A stretch of DNA of 48,329 nt from positions 1-48,329 of IMG/VR virus record IMGVR_UViG_3300017722_002806, one strand, 5' to 3'. The notes beneath the pieces are model-generated. The model searched no databases, was not told where the DNA came from, and was given only the letters and a program-made list of their open reading frames with translations. A program made the position numbers and the translations under genes. Within the stretch, counting starts at the first letter, position 1, and each line of letters begins with the position of its first letter. Positions 9,193-19,454 of the stretch are shown piece after piece. This DNA comes from a virus. Lineage: Duplodnaviria > Caudoviricetes.

Positions 9193-9846
9193 ATGGAAAT
9201 ATTCATTAGTATAAATGGTGTATTAAGAAATTTAATACAAAAATTCGACTACCACTATCAAGATTATTTTTTATCAAGCGAATTAGAGGAAGAAGAGGAA
9301 ACATTTGAATACGGTAAAGAAGGTAAAGTTCAAAATGATAATCTTTTAAATTATTATAAATTCCAATCCAAAGAGGAATTAGATAATTTTATCTTTATTG
9401 ATTACCCAATAGAAATATTTGGTCACGCAGGAATCAGTTATAATACTGTGGTTACCGACCTCAATAAACTTATTTACGAAAATAAAGAACATAATTTTAC
9501 AATTATTGGATTAGATGAATTAGGTAAAGCAAAACCTGCAACATTATTCTTTTTATCAAAAAATGGTTTTATGGGGAATAATATCAAATTCACTATGTCA
9601 AGTGAGATAGATGATTTATGGAAAAAATGTGATTTATGGATTAGTGACGAAAAAAGAATAATTGACTCATGCCCCAAAAATAAAAGGTCTATAAAATTCA
9701 ATACTGATTATAATCAATACTTTACAAATACATTAGAAATAAATAAATTAACAGAAATAGAAAAAATATGGTTGAATTATTCGGAAAGAACTATTACCTC
9801 GACATTGATGGGATTACTAGAAAATGTCAAACGGGCGATACAATAA
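9193..9846 (+). CDS. HAD/5'(3')-deoxyribonucleotidase-like protein with degenerate catalytic motif
   Basis: N-terminal IFISINGVLRN where DxDGVL is expected; ATLFFLSK and CDLWISDE resemble later motifs of the family. Confidence 0.55.
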   Translation: MEIFISINGVLRNLIQKFDYHYQDYFLSSELEEEEETFEYGKEGKVQNDNLLNYYKFQSKEELDNFIFIDYPIEIFGHAGISYNTVVTDLNKLIYENKEHNFTIIGLDELGKAKPATLFFLSKNGFMGNNIKFTMSSEIDDLWKKCDLWISDEKRIIDSCPKNKRSIKFNTDYNQYFTNTLEINKLTEIEKIWLNYSERTITSTLMGLLENVKRAIQ

Positions 9847-10052
9847 AAGATGATGATGGTGAAGAAACCTTAGAAATTAACATTTTTAAATATGAAGTTA
9901 TAAAAATGTGTATTGACAGGGTTTTAAATGAATTCCAAGAAGTTGACGAAGCTTTAGGTGCATTTGGTAGTAATGAAACCACACTATCATTTAAAATCGC
10001 ATTTAATACATTAATAAAAAATCAAATTTTAATAGAAGACGAAGATGAGTAA
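9768..10052 (+). CDS. Hypothetical protein
   Basis: 94-aa ORF with A-rich leader, overlapping the upstream ORF by 79 bp. Confidence 0.7.
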   Translation: MVELFGKNYYLDIDGITRKCQTGDTIKDDDGEETLEINIFKYEVIKMCIDRVLNEFQEVDEALGAFGSNETTLSFKIAFNTLIKNQILIEDEDE

Positions 10053-11106
10053 AGAAAACATAGAAAAACTTGAATCTGCATTAGGTAGAATCGAGGAAAA
10101 TGAAAGTGTTGTATATTTTTTAACATACGATACAAAATCAAACGCAAGAGCCGGAGTTAAACACATTTATGACATGGCATTAACACTAAAAAACAATGGT
10201 GCCAATGTTAAAATACTTGTGGAAGATAAAGGATATGTCGGCGTGGAGTCTTGGTTGGGTGAAGATTATAAGGATATTCCTGTAGTCTCAATCAAAGATG
10301 ATAAGGTTGAAATTAAATTAGATGACACAATTGTTGTACCTGAATTCTATTCGAATGTATTGGAACAACTATCAAATGTTAAGTGTACTAAAATCATGTT
10401 AGTACAACAAAAAGATTACATCTTTGAAACACTACCAATTGGTAGTCGTTGGAGCGATTATGGTTTTGATAAAATCATTACAACTACGGAATCCACTAAA
10501 AGATATATTTTAGAGTATTTTCCTGAAGCACTTGTACACATCATACCACCAATTATTGGTGATAATTTTAAACCATCAGAAAAATTACAAAAACCATTTG
10601 TTGCAATTAGTTGTAGGGATAGGTCAAAACATAGAAAGCTCATTTCTGAGTTTTACTTAAAGTTTCCTCAACTACGTTGGATTACATTTAGAGATATGGT
10701 ACAATTATCATACTCCGAATTTTCTGAGGTACTAAAAGAATGTTTTGTTTCTGTGTGGATTGATGAAGAAAGTACATTTGGTACATTCCCATTAGAATCT
10801 ATGAAATGTAACGTACCTGTGGTTGGTAAGATACCCGACATCGAGCCAGACTGGTTAAATGAAAATGGAATGTGGACATATGACAGTACAAAAATTGTTG
10901 AGATTTTAGGTACGTATATTTTAGCATGGTTAGAGGGAGTTGAATTAAAGGGAGAAGTTACTGATAAAATGAAAGAAACTTTATTGCCTTATGATAGTGA
11001 AATCACAAAAAACAATATCATTTCAATTTTCAATTCATTCAAAAATAAAAGAATCGATGCAATTAATGTGGCATTAGAAAAATTAAAACAAGAAGAAATC
11101 GTATGA
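10045..11106 (+). CDS. Putative GT-B glycosyltransferase
   Basis: GVKHIY, VVPEF, STFGTFPLESMKCNVPVVG (GT4-like E-motif region). Confidence 0.7.
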   Translation: MSKENIEKLESALGRIEENESVVYFLTYDTKSNARAGVKHIYDMALTLKNNGANVKILVEDKGYVGVESWLGEDYKDIPVVSIKDDKVEIKLDDTIVVPEFYSNVLEQLSNVKCTKIMLVQQKDYIFETLPIGSRWSDYGFDKIITTTESTKRYILEYFPEALVHIIPPIIGDNFKPSEKLQKPFVAISCRDRSKHRKLISEFYLKFPQLRWITFRDMVQLSYSEFSEVLKECFVSVWIDEESTFGTFPLESMKCNVPVVGKIPDIEPDWLNENGMWTYDSTKIVEILGTYILAWLEGVELKGEVTDKMKETLLPYDSEITKNNIISIFNSFKNKRIDAINVALEKLKQEEIV

Positions 11107-11882
11107 AAAAAATAAGTATAATTTTACCCGTACACACTTTAAAGGGTGATTATTCCGAATTGTTAAATAACGCAATAAAATCTGTAGAAGATTTTCATAA
11201 TGACGTTATTCTCACAATCGTGTGTCCCAAAGAAGTTAAAGAAGAACTATCTTCATTATCTGAGAAATTGGAAATTAAAATAATTGAAAATGGTGGACAA
11301 ACAGATTTCTGTGCACAAGTTAATTTAGGTATTGAAAATTGTGAAACTGAGTGGTTTTCAATATTAGAAGTTGACGATGAATTTAAATCAGTATGGTTAA
11401 AATCCATGAATCAACATATTAACGAAAATTCCGATGTTGATGTATTTCTACCAATTGTGCAAGACATAAATGTCAATGGTAATTTTGTTAGTTTCACTAA
11501 TGAGTCAATGTGGGCATATGGGTTTACCGAGAAACAAGGATTTTTAGATAACGAAGTGTTATTAGATTATCAAAACTACCAAACCAGTGGGGGTCTTTAT
11601 AAAACACAAGTCATCAAAGAGAATGGTTCATTTAAAGATAATATTAAACTTACATTTAGTTATGAACTTCTTTTAAGGTTAACACATAATGGTGTTAAGA
11701 TTATGTCAGTACCTAAAATCGGATATAAACACGTTAATTTGAGAGAAGACTCATTATTTTGGTTATATAAAAATGATGAAAATACAAAACTGAAAGAAAA
11801 AGAAGTTAAATTTTGGTTAGATACTGCAAAGAAAGAATTCTTCTTTAAAAATAAACGTGATATTAAATATGAAGAAGCTTAA
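11103..11882 (+). CDS. GT2-family (GT-A) glycosyltransferase
   Basis: ISIILPVH, NLGIENCETEWFSILEVDDE (DxD-like). Confidence 0.85.
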   Translation: MKKISIILPVHTLKGDYSELLNNAIKSVEDFHNDVILTIVCPKEVKEELSSLSEKLEIKIIENGGQTDFCAQVNLGIENCETEWFSILEVDDEFKSVWLKSMNQHINENSDVDVFLPIVQDINVNGNFVSFTNESMWAYGFTEKQGFLDNEVLLDYQNYQTSGGLYKTQVIKENGSFKDNIKLTFSYELLLRLTHNGVKIMSVPKIGYKHVNLREDSLFWLYKNDENTKLKEKEVKFWLDTAKKEFFFKNKRDIKYEEA

Positions 11883-12580
11883 TGCCAAGACCAAGAACCC
11901 AAAAAATATATTTTGGGGAGGATCAAGAGAAGGCGGTAGTCAATTACTTAGAAAGTACTGATGATGCAGAAAGAAATAAGATATTCAATGAATATTTACG
12001 TGAACCCCTAATTATAATGGTCGAATCAATTATTCGACGTTATAAACTATACCGAAAAGACATGGAATTTGAAGAGATTCATACCGATACCTTGTCTTTT
12101 CTTATAACCAAGATCAACAAGTTTGATCACACAAAAAACTATAAAGCCTACTCGTACTTTGGTACCATCTGTAAGAATTACCTTATGGGTGCAATTCAAA
12201 AAGACACTAAAGAAACTAATAGAAGTGTTTCCTATGATGACATATCATCTGATGTTGAAGATAGGGCCGACTTGTCATATATAATCGATGAACACATTAT
12301 TGATTACCGAGATGTCATTATAAAATTAACTATCGACTTAGAAAATTTTATTGAAAAGGAGGAGTTAACAGTAAATGAACAAAAATTAGGTTACGCACTT
12401 TTAGAAATATTCAGCAATTTTGATAAAATCTTCCAAGTGGGAGACGGTAACAAATTCAACAAAAATCTAATATTACTATCATTGAGGGAAATGACCTCAC
12501 TCTCCACAAAAGAAATACGTATTTCTTTAAAAAGATTCAAAAAACTATATGATGGGATATTAGGTGGATTTTTAGAATAA
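11882..12580 (+). CDS. Putative late-transcription sigma factor (T4 gp55-like)
   Basis: Sigma region-2-like segment TLSFLITKINKFDHTKNYKAYSYFGTICKNYL; N-terminal YF motif; size typical of gp55 homologues. Confidence 0.7.
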   Translation: MPRPRTQKIYFGEDQEKAVVNYLESTDDAERNKIFNEYLREPLIIMVESIIRRYKLYRKDMEFEEIHTDTLSFLITKINKFDHTKNYKAYSYFGTICKNYLMGAIQKDTKETNRSVSYDDISSDVEDRADLSYIIDEHIIDYRDVIIKLTIDLENFIEKEELTVNEQKLGYALLEIFSNFDKIFQVGDGNKFNKNLILLSLREMTSLSTKEIRISLKRFKKLYDGILGGFLE

Positions 12581-12594
12581 ATCTATTTATAGTT

Positions 12595-12975
12595 ATGAGA
12601 GAAAGAAAAAATAATATAAGTTTGGATGTGGATTCCGCGTTAGCATTAATGCAGGAAATCTACAATGATGTGGTTGAGAATAGGAGTACGGCTTCGACAA
12701 TTATGAGGAAAATGATGTCCTTCATGAAAGATGCCGAAGACATGAGTGTAATTGGTCCTGTCATCAAAGAACAACAAAAAATCCTAAACGACTGTACTGA
12801 AAAGAAAATATCATTAGTTAAACTACAGGGTGTTTTATTAAAACAGACAAGTGGCGGAGGTGGTAAGAATATGCCAATGGGTAAACTTGAATTATCTGAT
12901 GAAGACAGAGAATTATTAGATAAGATGATTAGTGGTGATGACGATAAAATAGGAAGTGACAATTATAAAATATAA
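12595..12975 (+). CDS. Hypothetical coiled-coil protein
   Basis: 126-aa ORF; CTATTTATA motif 3 bp upstream of the ATG. Confidence 0.75.
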   Translation: MRERKNNISLDVDSALALMQEIYNDVVENRSTASTIMRKMMSFMKDAEDMSVIGPVIKEQQKILNDCTEKKISLVKLQGVLLKQTSGGGGKNMPMGKLELSDEDRELLDKMISGDDDKIGSDNYKI

Positions 12976-14927
12976 TGAGTAAAGTTAAGGATCTAAAAAA
13001 TAAGATTAAATCTAAGATTGAAGCCATTAAGAAAATTAATGATGACCCTAATTTTGCCAAAATTGCAGAAGGAGTTGCGAACAAGTATATTAAAGATTTA
13101 CCGGACTTAGGTAACTACCAACAAAAAATAGGTGATTTTTTAAATAAAGCAAAAAAGAAAAGACAAGAAAAAACTAATATTTTTGGTGACATTATAGATA
13201 TTTTAGATTCTGTTTTACAAGTTAAGGGTAAGGTAGAGGGTTCATCTAAATTAATGTCAAAGGAGAGACTTAAAAAACATGCATATGATGCTGTTGATGC
13301 GACAAGTAATACTGCAAAACAAATAATACTTGACGCGGCTCAACAAGTTTTCTTTGCTGGCGATGGATTATGTGGAGGTAACTTATCTTTTGATATTCCG
13401 AATTTTGAACCTGTTAAAATCAAACCTAAAGAGATTGATTTTTTTAATATGTTAGCAGTATCGCCAACAACCAATGTTGGTAAGGTAATGTACGAACCAG
13501 CATCACCAAACAAATCAAAAACTAAATTCAATAGAGATATTTACAATAACTTTACTTCTACAGCCACAACTGGATATAATTTTGATACGTTAAGTAATCG
13601 AACATTATTCAACATGAAATGGAATGGTAACGACCAAGAATTTTCAATATCAGGATTAACTCAAGGAGGAGGGTCAGTTGAAGATTTTTTCAGTGATTAC
13701 TATTCAACCATCGAATTTCCCGATTTAAAAGATATTGCTAAAACCGCACTATTAATGACATTACAGGGTGACGATTCGGATACCACATCTATTAGTGTTG
13801 GAATGAGTGATGTTAACCGATTATTAGATAAGTTATTTTGTATGTGTAGAAACAATTCAAAATTAAATCAATTGGTTAATCAAAATGCGGTAGATTTATT
13901 TAATGAAACGGATGAAGATATTGATTCATATTTTGATTTTGATGATGTTGATGGAATTGACTTAGATGATGAAGACGCTCGTTACCGTAAAGTGATGAGA
14001 TTTAAAGATTGTAATAATTTTGAGGTCCCAATTAATAACTCTATTCTCGAGGATTTTGCATACTTTTCGGATAAAAAAACATTAGACGATGCAATAAATT
14101 CTGCACTTAATAAAACTGCATCGGACGCATTCGAACAATCAGGAGGTTCATTCAGTTTACAAGATTTCCAATTATCAATTGGTAATTTATTTATATTATC
14201 ATTACCTAAAGCATTAGTTACAAGTTTATTATCCCCCAAAATATTTTTACCAATTGTAATTGCTTATAAATTTGTACAACAACTACAACAGGGATTAAAA
14301 GCGGGAATTGATTATGTCATCACTAACGCAAAGGAAATGATGAGAAGGTTAAGGAAGTTTTTTGATATTGTAATAACTAAAGTATTTTGGAAATTTTTAA
14401 GTGAGTTTTGGAAAAGAGTTAAACCCGATGTTATAAGATTCGTTATAGAATTTGTTGTTACTTTAATTAAGAAAAAATTTAAAAGATATTGGAAAATAAT
14501 CACTGCATTAATTGCGTTACTTATTAAAATTTTAGAAACAGGGTTTGATAATTGTTATGATATATTCAATGCAATATTAAGTGCAATATCGGGAGCATTA
14601 AATCTCAAATCATTCTTAAAAATACCCAATCCATTATTAATGTTTGCTGGATTTAGACAAGGATTCAGTGAAGATAGAGCATATGTTTCTGCAATTGAAA
14701 AAATGGATGCCGCTGGTATAAATACCAATTCAATTTATGGTGAAAGTAACGATTTTGTACAAGCAATTTACGCAACAATAACGGCACACACTGAAGAACA
14801 TGATTTAAATGGTATTACGGAAGTCACCAACGCTTTCCCGATACCAATAATTGCACCAGCGGGACCTACCGTTGCAATTATTCCACCAGGTATGTTAAAT
14901 TTAGTAGGTATAAATCGAGCAGGTTAA
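12975..14927 (+). CDS. Large hypothetical protein, probably structural
   Basis: 650-aa ORF in a late operon upstream of the gp5-like gene; amphipathic/hydrophobic helices in the C-terminal third. Confidence 0.75.
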   Translation: MSKVKDLKNKIKSKIEAIKKINDDPNFAKIAEGVANKYIKDLPDLGNYQQKIGDFLNKAKKKRQEKTNIFGDIIDILDSVLQVKGKVEGSSKLMSKERLKKHAYDAVDATSNTAKQIILDAAQQVFFAGDGLCGGNLSFDIPNFEPVKIKPKEIDFFNMLAVSPTTNVGKVMYEPASPNKSKTKFNRDIYNNFTSTATTGYNFDTLSNRTLFNMKWNGNDQEFSISGLTQGGGSVEDFFSDYYSTIEFPDLKDIAKTALLMTLQGDDSDTTSISVGMSDVNRLLDKLFCMCRNNSKLNQLVNQNAVDLFNETDEDIDSYFDFDDVDGIDLDDEDARYRKVMRFKDCNNFEVPINNSILEDFAYFSDKKTLDDAINSALNKTASDAFEQSGGSFSLQDFQLSIGNLFILSLPKALVTSLLSPKIFLPIVIAYKFVQQLQQGLKAGIDYVITNAKEMMRRLRKFFDIVITKVFWKFLSEFWKRVKPDVIRFVIEFVVTLIKKKFKRYWKIITALIALLIKILETGFDNCYDIFNAILSAISGALNLKSFLKIPNPLLMFAGFRQGFSEDRAYVSAIEKMDAAGINTNSIYGESNDFVQAIYATITAHTEEHDLNGITEVTNAFPIPIIAPAGPTVAIIPPGMLNLVGINRAG

Positions 14928-14928
14928 T

Positions 14929-15129
14929 ATGGAAAGAGAAAAGATAATTGAAGTTATTAACAACGTCGAAGATAAATCTAACAGAGATTTATTTGAAGTG
15001 ATTAATGTACTTTATGATGAACATGAAAAGACTAAAAAACTAATTTTTGATTTATCTAAACATTTAGATGGTATTGAAGAATCGTATAAGAAAGTTGAAA
15101 AGGAAGTAAACAAAAGAGTTAAAAAATAA
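14929..15129 (+). CDS. Small coiled-coil hypothetical protein
   Basis: 66-aa ORF tightly coupled to both neighbours. Confidence 0.7.
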   Translation: MEREKIIEVINNVEDKSNRDLFEVINVLYDEHEKTKKLIFDLSKHLDGIEESYKKVEKEVNKRVKK

Positions 15130-16637
15130 TGAAAATAATCGATATTGGTATATGTGTTGACAATGTGGACCCCAAAGGTATTGGTAGAATTAGGTGTGTG
15201 GGTTATAATGATTACGTGGGTGAAAAGGAGAGAGCGGTTGATTATGAAGAATGGAGTGATAAAGACCCATTTGTTGCATTACCATTTTTACCATCGAACA
15301 TTAACTATGTACCTGAGGTTGAACAAATTGTTAAAATTTTAAGATATAACACTGAAAAGGAAGTAAACATCGAGTACATTGCAGGTCCATTCACTACAAT
15401 GTATGACTTTAACGGTCAAACATTTGCTCAACAAATTGAAAACACAACATATGGTATAGTTGTTAAACATAAACCAGACATAAGGAACACAACGGGTCAA
15501 TACATAAATCCCAAATCCGAAAATGTTTTTGCAAAGGAAACGGATTTTGCTGTTTATGGAAAAAATAACTCAGATATATTATTTACCGAAAACGGTGTAC
15601 AATTAAGGGGAGGTAAACTTTTATCAAAAGAAGCTGCCAGTAAAGAAAATAGAAAAGTATTATTGGATACGCCATTAATGGCAAGAAAAAATTCAAGAAT
15701 ACAACTTAAAAAATTTCCTAAAACATTAACGTTAAGTAAATCGGAAGAGGAGGTAACAACATATGAAGTTGCCGATTTGAAATATATCATTGAGTATGAT
15801 ATTGATAATTTAACAATTACAGGCGGAACTAAAGTAGATTTTTACGCTTACAAAGTTCAACAATCATATGGTGCAACATTAAAAACTAATTTTTTCAGTG
15901 AAACTACTCCGTTACCGACAACATATCTTAAACTTATAAATGAAAATGGTGATTCATCCCCAACATATAGTGTAACAGGACTAACGTCATTACAAGGTGT
16001 TTATATGGAAGTAAGAGATTTTCTTTATGAAATACACGATAAATCATTAAAGGAGTACAATCCATTATATGATAATGAGGACGTTCATCCATTTTATTTT
16101 AGACCAAAAAACAGTTTTTTAACTTTAGATCCACAAAATACCACTCAAAGTACTAATAAGAAAACAATATTAAACAATATTAAACTTTCGAGTACCGTTG
16201 GTCCATCTAGTGGTTTAGTATGGTCGTCAAGTACAATGAGGGTTCCTTCAAATAAGAAAAAAGTTGTTAGAGATTTTTTAAAATATGATCAAAACTCACC
16301 AGAACAAACATTTGCTGCGGTAACCGCGGATAATCTTTATTTACTATCAACTCAAGATATTAGTACGGATACACCAATTGATTTTGAAACTTTAGACAAA
16401 TACGAGTACACGCAGGAAAATTACATCAAACACATTGACCCAAATACATATGCAACTGTTAGAGGAGAAAAGTTGATAACGGTTCTTAGGTCTATGGTTA
16501 ATGTTATTTATACCCATGCACACAACATTAATAAATCAATTGAGGGTCAAAATGATTACAAACAAGGAGAGGCTCTAAAGCAATTAATTAACAATTTAGA
16601 GAAAGACATTTTAAATACTAATATCAGAATCAATTAA
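15129..16637 (+). CDS. Baseplate hub/central spike protein (gp5/Vgr OB-fold N-terminus)
   Basis: GICVDNVDPKGIGRIRC...PFLP...VPEVEQIV; C-terminal VRGEKL...THAH (HxH spike-tip-like motif). Confidence 0.7.
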   Translation: MKIIDIGICVDNVDPKGIGRIRCVGYNDYVGEKERAVDYEEWSDKDPFVALPFLPSNINYVPEVEQIVKILRYNTEKEVNIEYIAGPFTTMYDFNGQTFAQQIENTTYGIVVKHKPDIRNTTGQYINPKSENVFAKETDFAVYGKNNSDILFTENGVQLRGGKLLSKEAASKENRKVLLDTPLMARKNSRIQLKKFPKTLTLSKSEEEVTTYEVADLKYIIEYDIDNLTITGGTKVDFYAYKVQQSYGATLKTNFFSETTPLPTTYLKLINENGDSSPTYSVTGLTSLQGVYMEVRDFLYEIHDKSLKEYNPLYDNEDVHPFYFRPKNSFLTLDPQNTTQSTNKKTILNNIKLSSTVGPSSGLVWSSSTMRVPSNKKKVVRDFLKYDQNSPEQTFAAVTADNLYLLSTQDISTDTPIDFETLDKYEYTQENYIKHIDPNTYATVRGEKLITVLRSMVNVIYTHAHNINKSIEGQNDYKQGEALKQLINNLEKDILNTNIRIN

Positions 16638-16660
16638 TTTGATATTTATAATTAAAAGAG

Positions 16661-18031
16661 ATGTCATATTTCCGTTCATATTTCGAGAAGAATAATACAA
16701 TTATTAAAAATTCTCAGGTTAACACCTCAAAAAACCCAACAACCGAGATTTTCTACGGTTCGGGCTTTTCCAAATTTATATTTAAGGTAGATTTTACGGA
16801 CCTTAAAAATAAAATTGATAATGTGGATAATGTTCTTAATTCTAACACAAAACACACATTACACTTAACTAACTGTATTTTTGGTGATGAGACTTTCTTA
16901 GGTGCAAAAAGAGGTACAGGTAGAGAGAGAACAAATTCATTCGATTTAATCATTTTTAGGGTTCCCGAATTTTGGGACGAGGGTTTAGGATTCGACTACG
17001 AAGATGGTGGTTATGATTTCACAACGGGTAATAAAACTTTTGACGAGAGGCCGTCAAACTGGTTTAATCGTACCACACTACAAACATGGACAAGTGACGG
17101 GGTTTATTCCACATCACCTAATATAATCACAACAATTCATTTCGATAACGGTAACGAAGACATAAATGTCGATATTACCGATTATGTAAACGACATCTTA
17201 GATGGTGACACTAATCACGGACTTGGTATTGCGTTTGCACCTCTATTTGAAGATTTATCCCCTGAAGTTGACCAATCTGTATCATTTTTTACAAAATATA
17301 CTCAGACATTTTTTGAACCATACGTTGAGACCTATTTTGATGATGTTATATATGACAATAGACTTAATTTTATAGAAAAGACTCAACAAAATCTTTACCT
17401 CTACATTACGAAGGGTACAAATTTTTATAATTTAGATTCATTACCAACTGTTGACATATTAGACAGTACGTCGACCCCAATTATTGGTTTGACAGGATTA
17501 ACCACTACCCATATTAAAAAGGGTGTATATAAGGTTACATTCGGTTTAGATGGTGTTTTATGTGACGGCAAAAGATTCTTCTTTGATAAATGGAAAGGAT
17601 TATCATTGGATGGTATTGATATTTCAGATGTAACACAAAAATTTATACCAAGACCATATACGTCATTATTCACTGTTGGTGAGAATCAAACAGAGTTACA
17701 AAGATATGCAATTCAGTTTTTTGGGATAAAGCAAGGTGATAAGGTGAAGAGGGGTGAAAAAAGAAAAGTAACAGTTAGTTTCCGTTCAATAGACTATCCT
17801 AAAACTCAGTTATTTGATGAGGTCTATTATAGAATGTTCATTAAAGAAGGTAGAACTGATGTAATTGTCCATGATTGGACTCAATTAGATACGACGAATG
17901 AAAATTCATTCACCTTGGATACCTCTATATATATACCAAGAGAATATTATATTGAATTAAAAGGTAAGACTCATACCGAAGAAATTTTTTATGAGGAACA
18001 CATAAAGTTTGAAATTTTATCAGAAAAATAA
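16661..18031 (+). CDS. Putative structural protein (beta-rich)
   Basis: 456 aa behind the late motif; WDEGLG, INVDITDYVNDIL...NHGLGIAF resemble DNRLRE-like domains of phage structural proteins. Confidence 0.6.
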   Translation: MSYFRSYFEKNNTIIKNSQVNTSKNPTTEIFYGSGFSKFIFKVDFTDLKNKIDNVDNVLNSNTKHTLHLTNCIFGDETFLGAKRGTGRERTNSFDLIIFRVPEFWDEGLGFDYEDGGYDFTTGNKTFDERPSNWFNRTTLQTWTSDGVYSTSPNIITTIHFDNGNEDINVDITDYVNDILDGDTNHGLGIAFAPLFEDLSPEVDQSVSFFTKYTQTFFEPYVETYFDDVIYDNRLNFIEKTQQNLYLYITKGTNFYNLDSLPTVDILDSTSTPIIGLTGLTTTHIKKGVYKVTFGLDGVLCDGKRFFFDKWKGLSLDGIDISDVTQKFIPRPYTSLFTVGENQTELQRYAIQFFGIKQGDKVKRGEKRKVTVSFRSIDYPKTQLFDEVYYRMFIKEGRTDVIVHDWTQLDTTNENSFTLDTSIYIPREYYIELKGKTHTEEIFYEEHIKFEILSEK

Positions 18032-18046
18032 AAATATTTATATATT

Positions 18047-18691
18047 ATGAAATTAGAAGAAATAATTAAGAAACATTTGAAAAAAATTGTGAAAGAGAAC
18101 TCAGAAAATCACATTACAGATGAAGGTACTTACATGGTTTTATCTAACCTTGTCCAAATGAAGAATGACATTGAGAAAATTCTTTCATTTAAAAATAACC
18201 CCGATTTCCCAAAATTAGTTACGGGAGAACACGCATGGGCCGGTGATCACATCACAACATCGAAAGATGATATTGAAGAAGTTGCAAATTTCATAGAAAG
18301 TTATATGGAACAAAAAAACCTATCTGAATCAGAAAGGGCTTTATGTGAAAAATGTTGGGATGGGTATAAACGAATTGGTAGTAAGAAAAAAAACGGAAAA
18401 ACAGTACCAAATTGTGTACCAACAAATGAAGCAAGTAGTCCCGCACAACAAGCAGCAATTGCGATAAATATGAAGAAAAAAGGTGTTGAACCTAAAAATG
18501 AATCAGAAAAGGAAATGTACGAAGCTATGGAAATAGATGAAAGTAAAAATTGTCCAACTGATCCCGCAAAATGGTCAGCATCTAAAGCCGCAGCCAAAGC
18601 CAAATTTGACGTATACCCAAGTGCATATGCAAATGGTTGGGCTGCAAAAAACTACAAAGCAAAAGGTGGTGGTTGGAAAAAATGTAAATAA
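18047..18691 (+). CDS. Modular head-internal-like protein
   Basis: Modules CWDGYKRIG...VPNCVP, ASSPAQQAAIAI and KFDVYPSAYANGW...GGGW separated by xxE sites; late motif upstream. Confidence 0.75.
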   Translation: MKLEEIIKKHLKKIVKENSENHITDEGTYMVLSNLVQMKNDIEKILSFKNNPDFPKLVTGEHAWAGDHITTSKDDIEEVANFIESYMEQKNLSESERALCEKCWDGYKRIGSKKKNGKTVPNCVPTNEASSPAQQAAIAINMKKKGVEPKNESEKEMYEAMEIDESKNCPTDPAKWSASKAAAKAKFDVYPSAYANGWAAKNYKAKGGGWKKCK

Positions 18692-19453
18692 ATGAACTTA
18701 CAAGAGAACATACAAAGGATTAGACAAATGATGATTTCCGAGGAGATGGTACAATCTGATGCTTGGAAGTCAATTAAGAAAACATTGGACGTTCTTAAAG
18801 ACAAGAAAAAAGTTTTACTATTAAGTTGTTCTAATAGACACAATTGGGATAAAAATGATATTGATATTCCTAAGTCTAAAATGATTGCAATGTACCTAAA
18901 TGAAGAATTGGGTGACAAATCAACATTAATGGACGTATCAGAACTAAACATAGTTCCTTGTGAGGGTAATGTATCAAGAAAAGACGGTAATAGTTGTGGT
19001 TTATTAAAATCAAAACTTAAGGATAAAAATAAGAACCCAACTGGTCATCATAGATGTTGGGCTAGTGTAAACAACCCCAAAGATGAACTATGGAAAATAA
19101 GTAAAGAACTATTTGAGTCCGATGCTGTGATATTTCTAAGTTCCGTTAGATGGGGACAAACCAATATGTTTTATCAAAATCTAATTGAACGTCTAACTTG
19201 GATAGAAAATAGACACACAGCGTTAGGTGAATCTAATTTAGTTAAAGATATTGAAACTGGATTTATATGTACCGGACAAAATTTTAATGGTGTAAATGTT
19301 AATGATTTACAGAAGAAAGTTCATGAATTTTATGGTTTCAAAATAAATGATGATTTATATTGGAATTGGCAATATACTAAAGATATAAATGACGAATCAT
19401 TAAAATCTTATAAAGATTCCCACAATAAATTTATAAAAGATACTAAAATATAA
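18692..19453 (+). CDS. Flavodoxin-like NAD(P)H-dependent FMN reductase / iron-sulfur flavoprotein-like protein with N-terminal tag
   Basis: LLLSCSNR, LNIVPCEGNVS...C...HRCW, ESDAVIFLSSVRWGQ...LIERL; N-terminus MNLQENIQRIRQMM. Confidence 0.75.
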   Translation: MNLQENIQRIRQMMISEEMVQSDAWKSIKKTLDVLKDKKKVLLLSCSNRHNWDKNDIDIPKSKMIAMYLNEELGDKSTLMDVSELNIVPCEGNVSRKDGNSCGLLKSKLKDKNKNPTGHHRCWASVNNPKDELWKISKELFESDAVIFLSSVRWGQTNMFYQNLIERLTWIENRHTALGESNLVKDIETGFICTGQNFNGVNVNDLQKKVHEFYGFKINDDLYWNWQYTKDINDESLKSYKDSHNKFIKDTKI

Positions 19454-19454
19454 T

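Noticed and set aside
9768-9846. 79-bp gene overlap suggesting a programmed frameshift
   Set aside because: The downstream ORF has its own ATG with an A-rich leader and no clear slippery site plus structure; simple stop-codon drift explains it.
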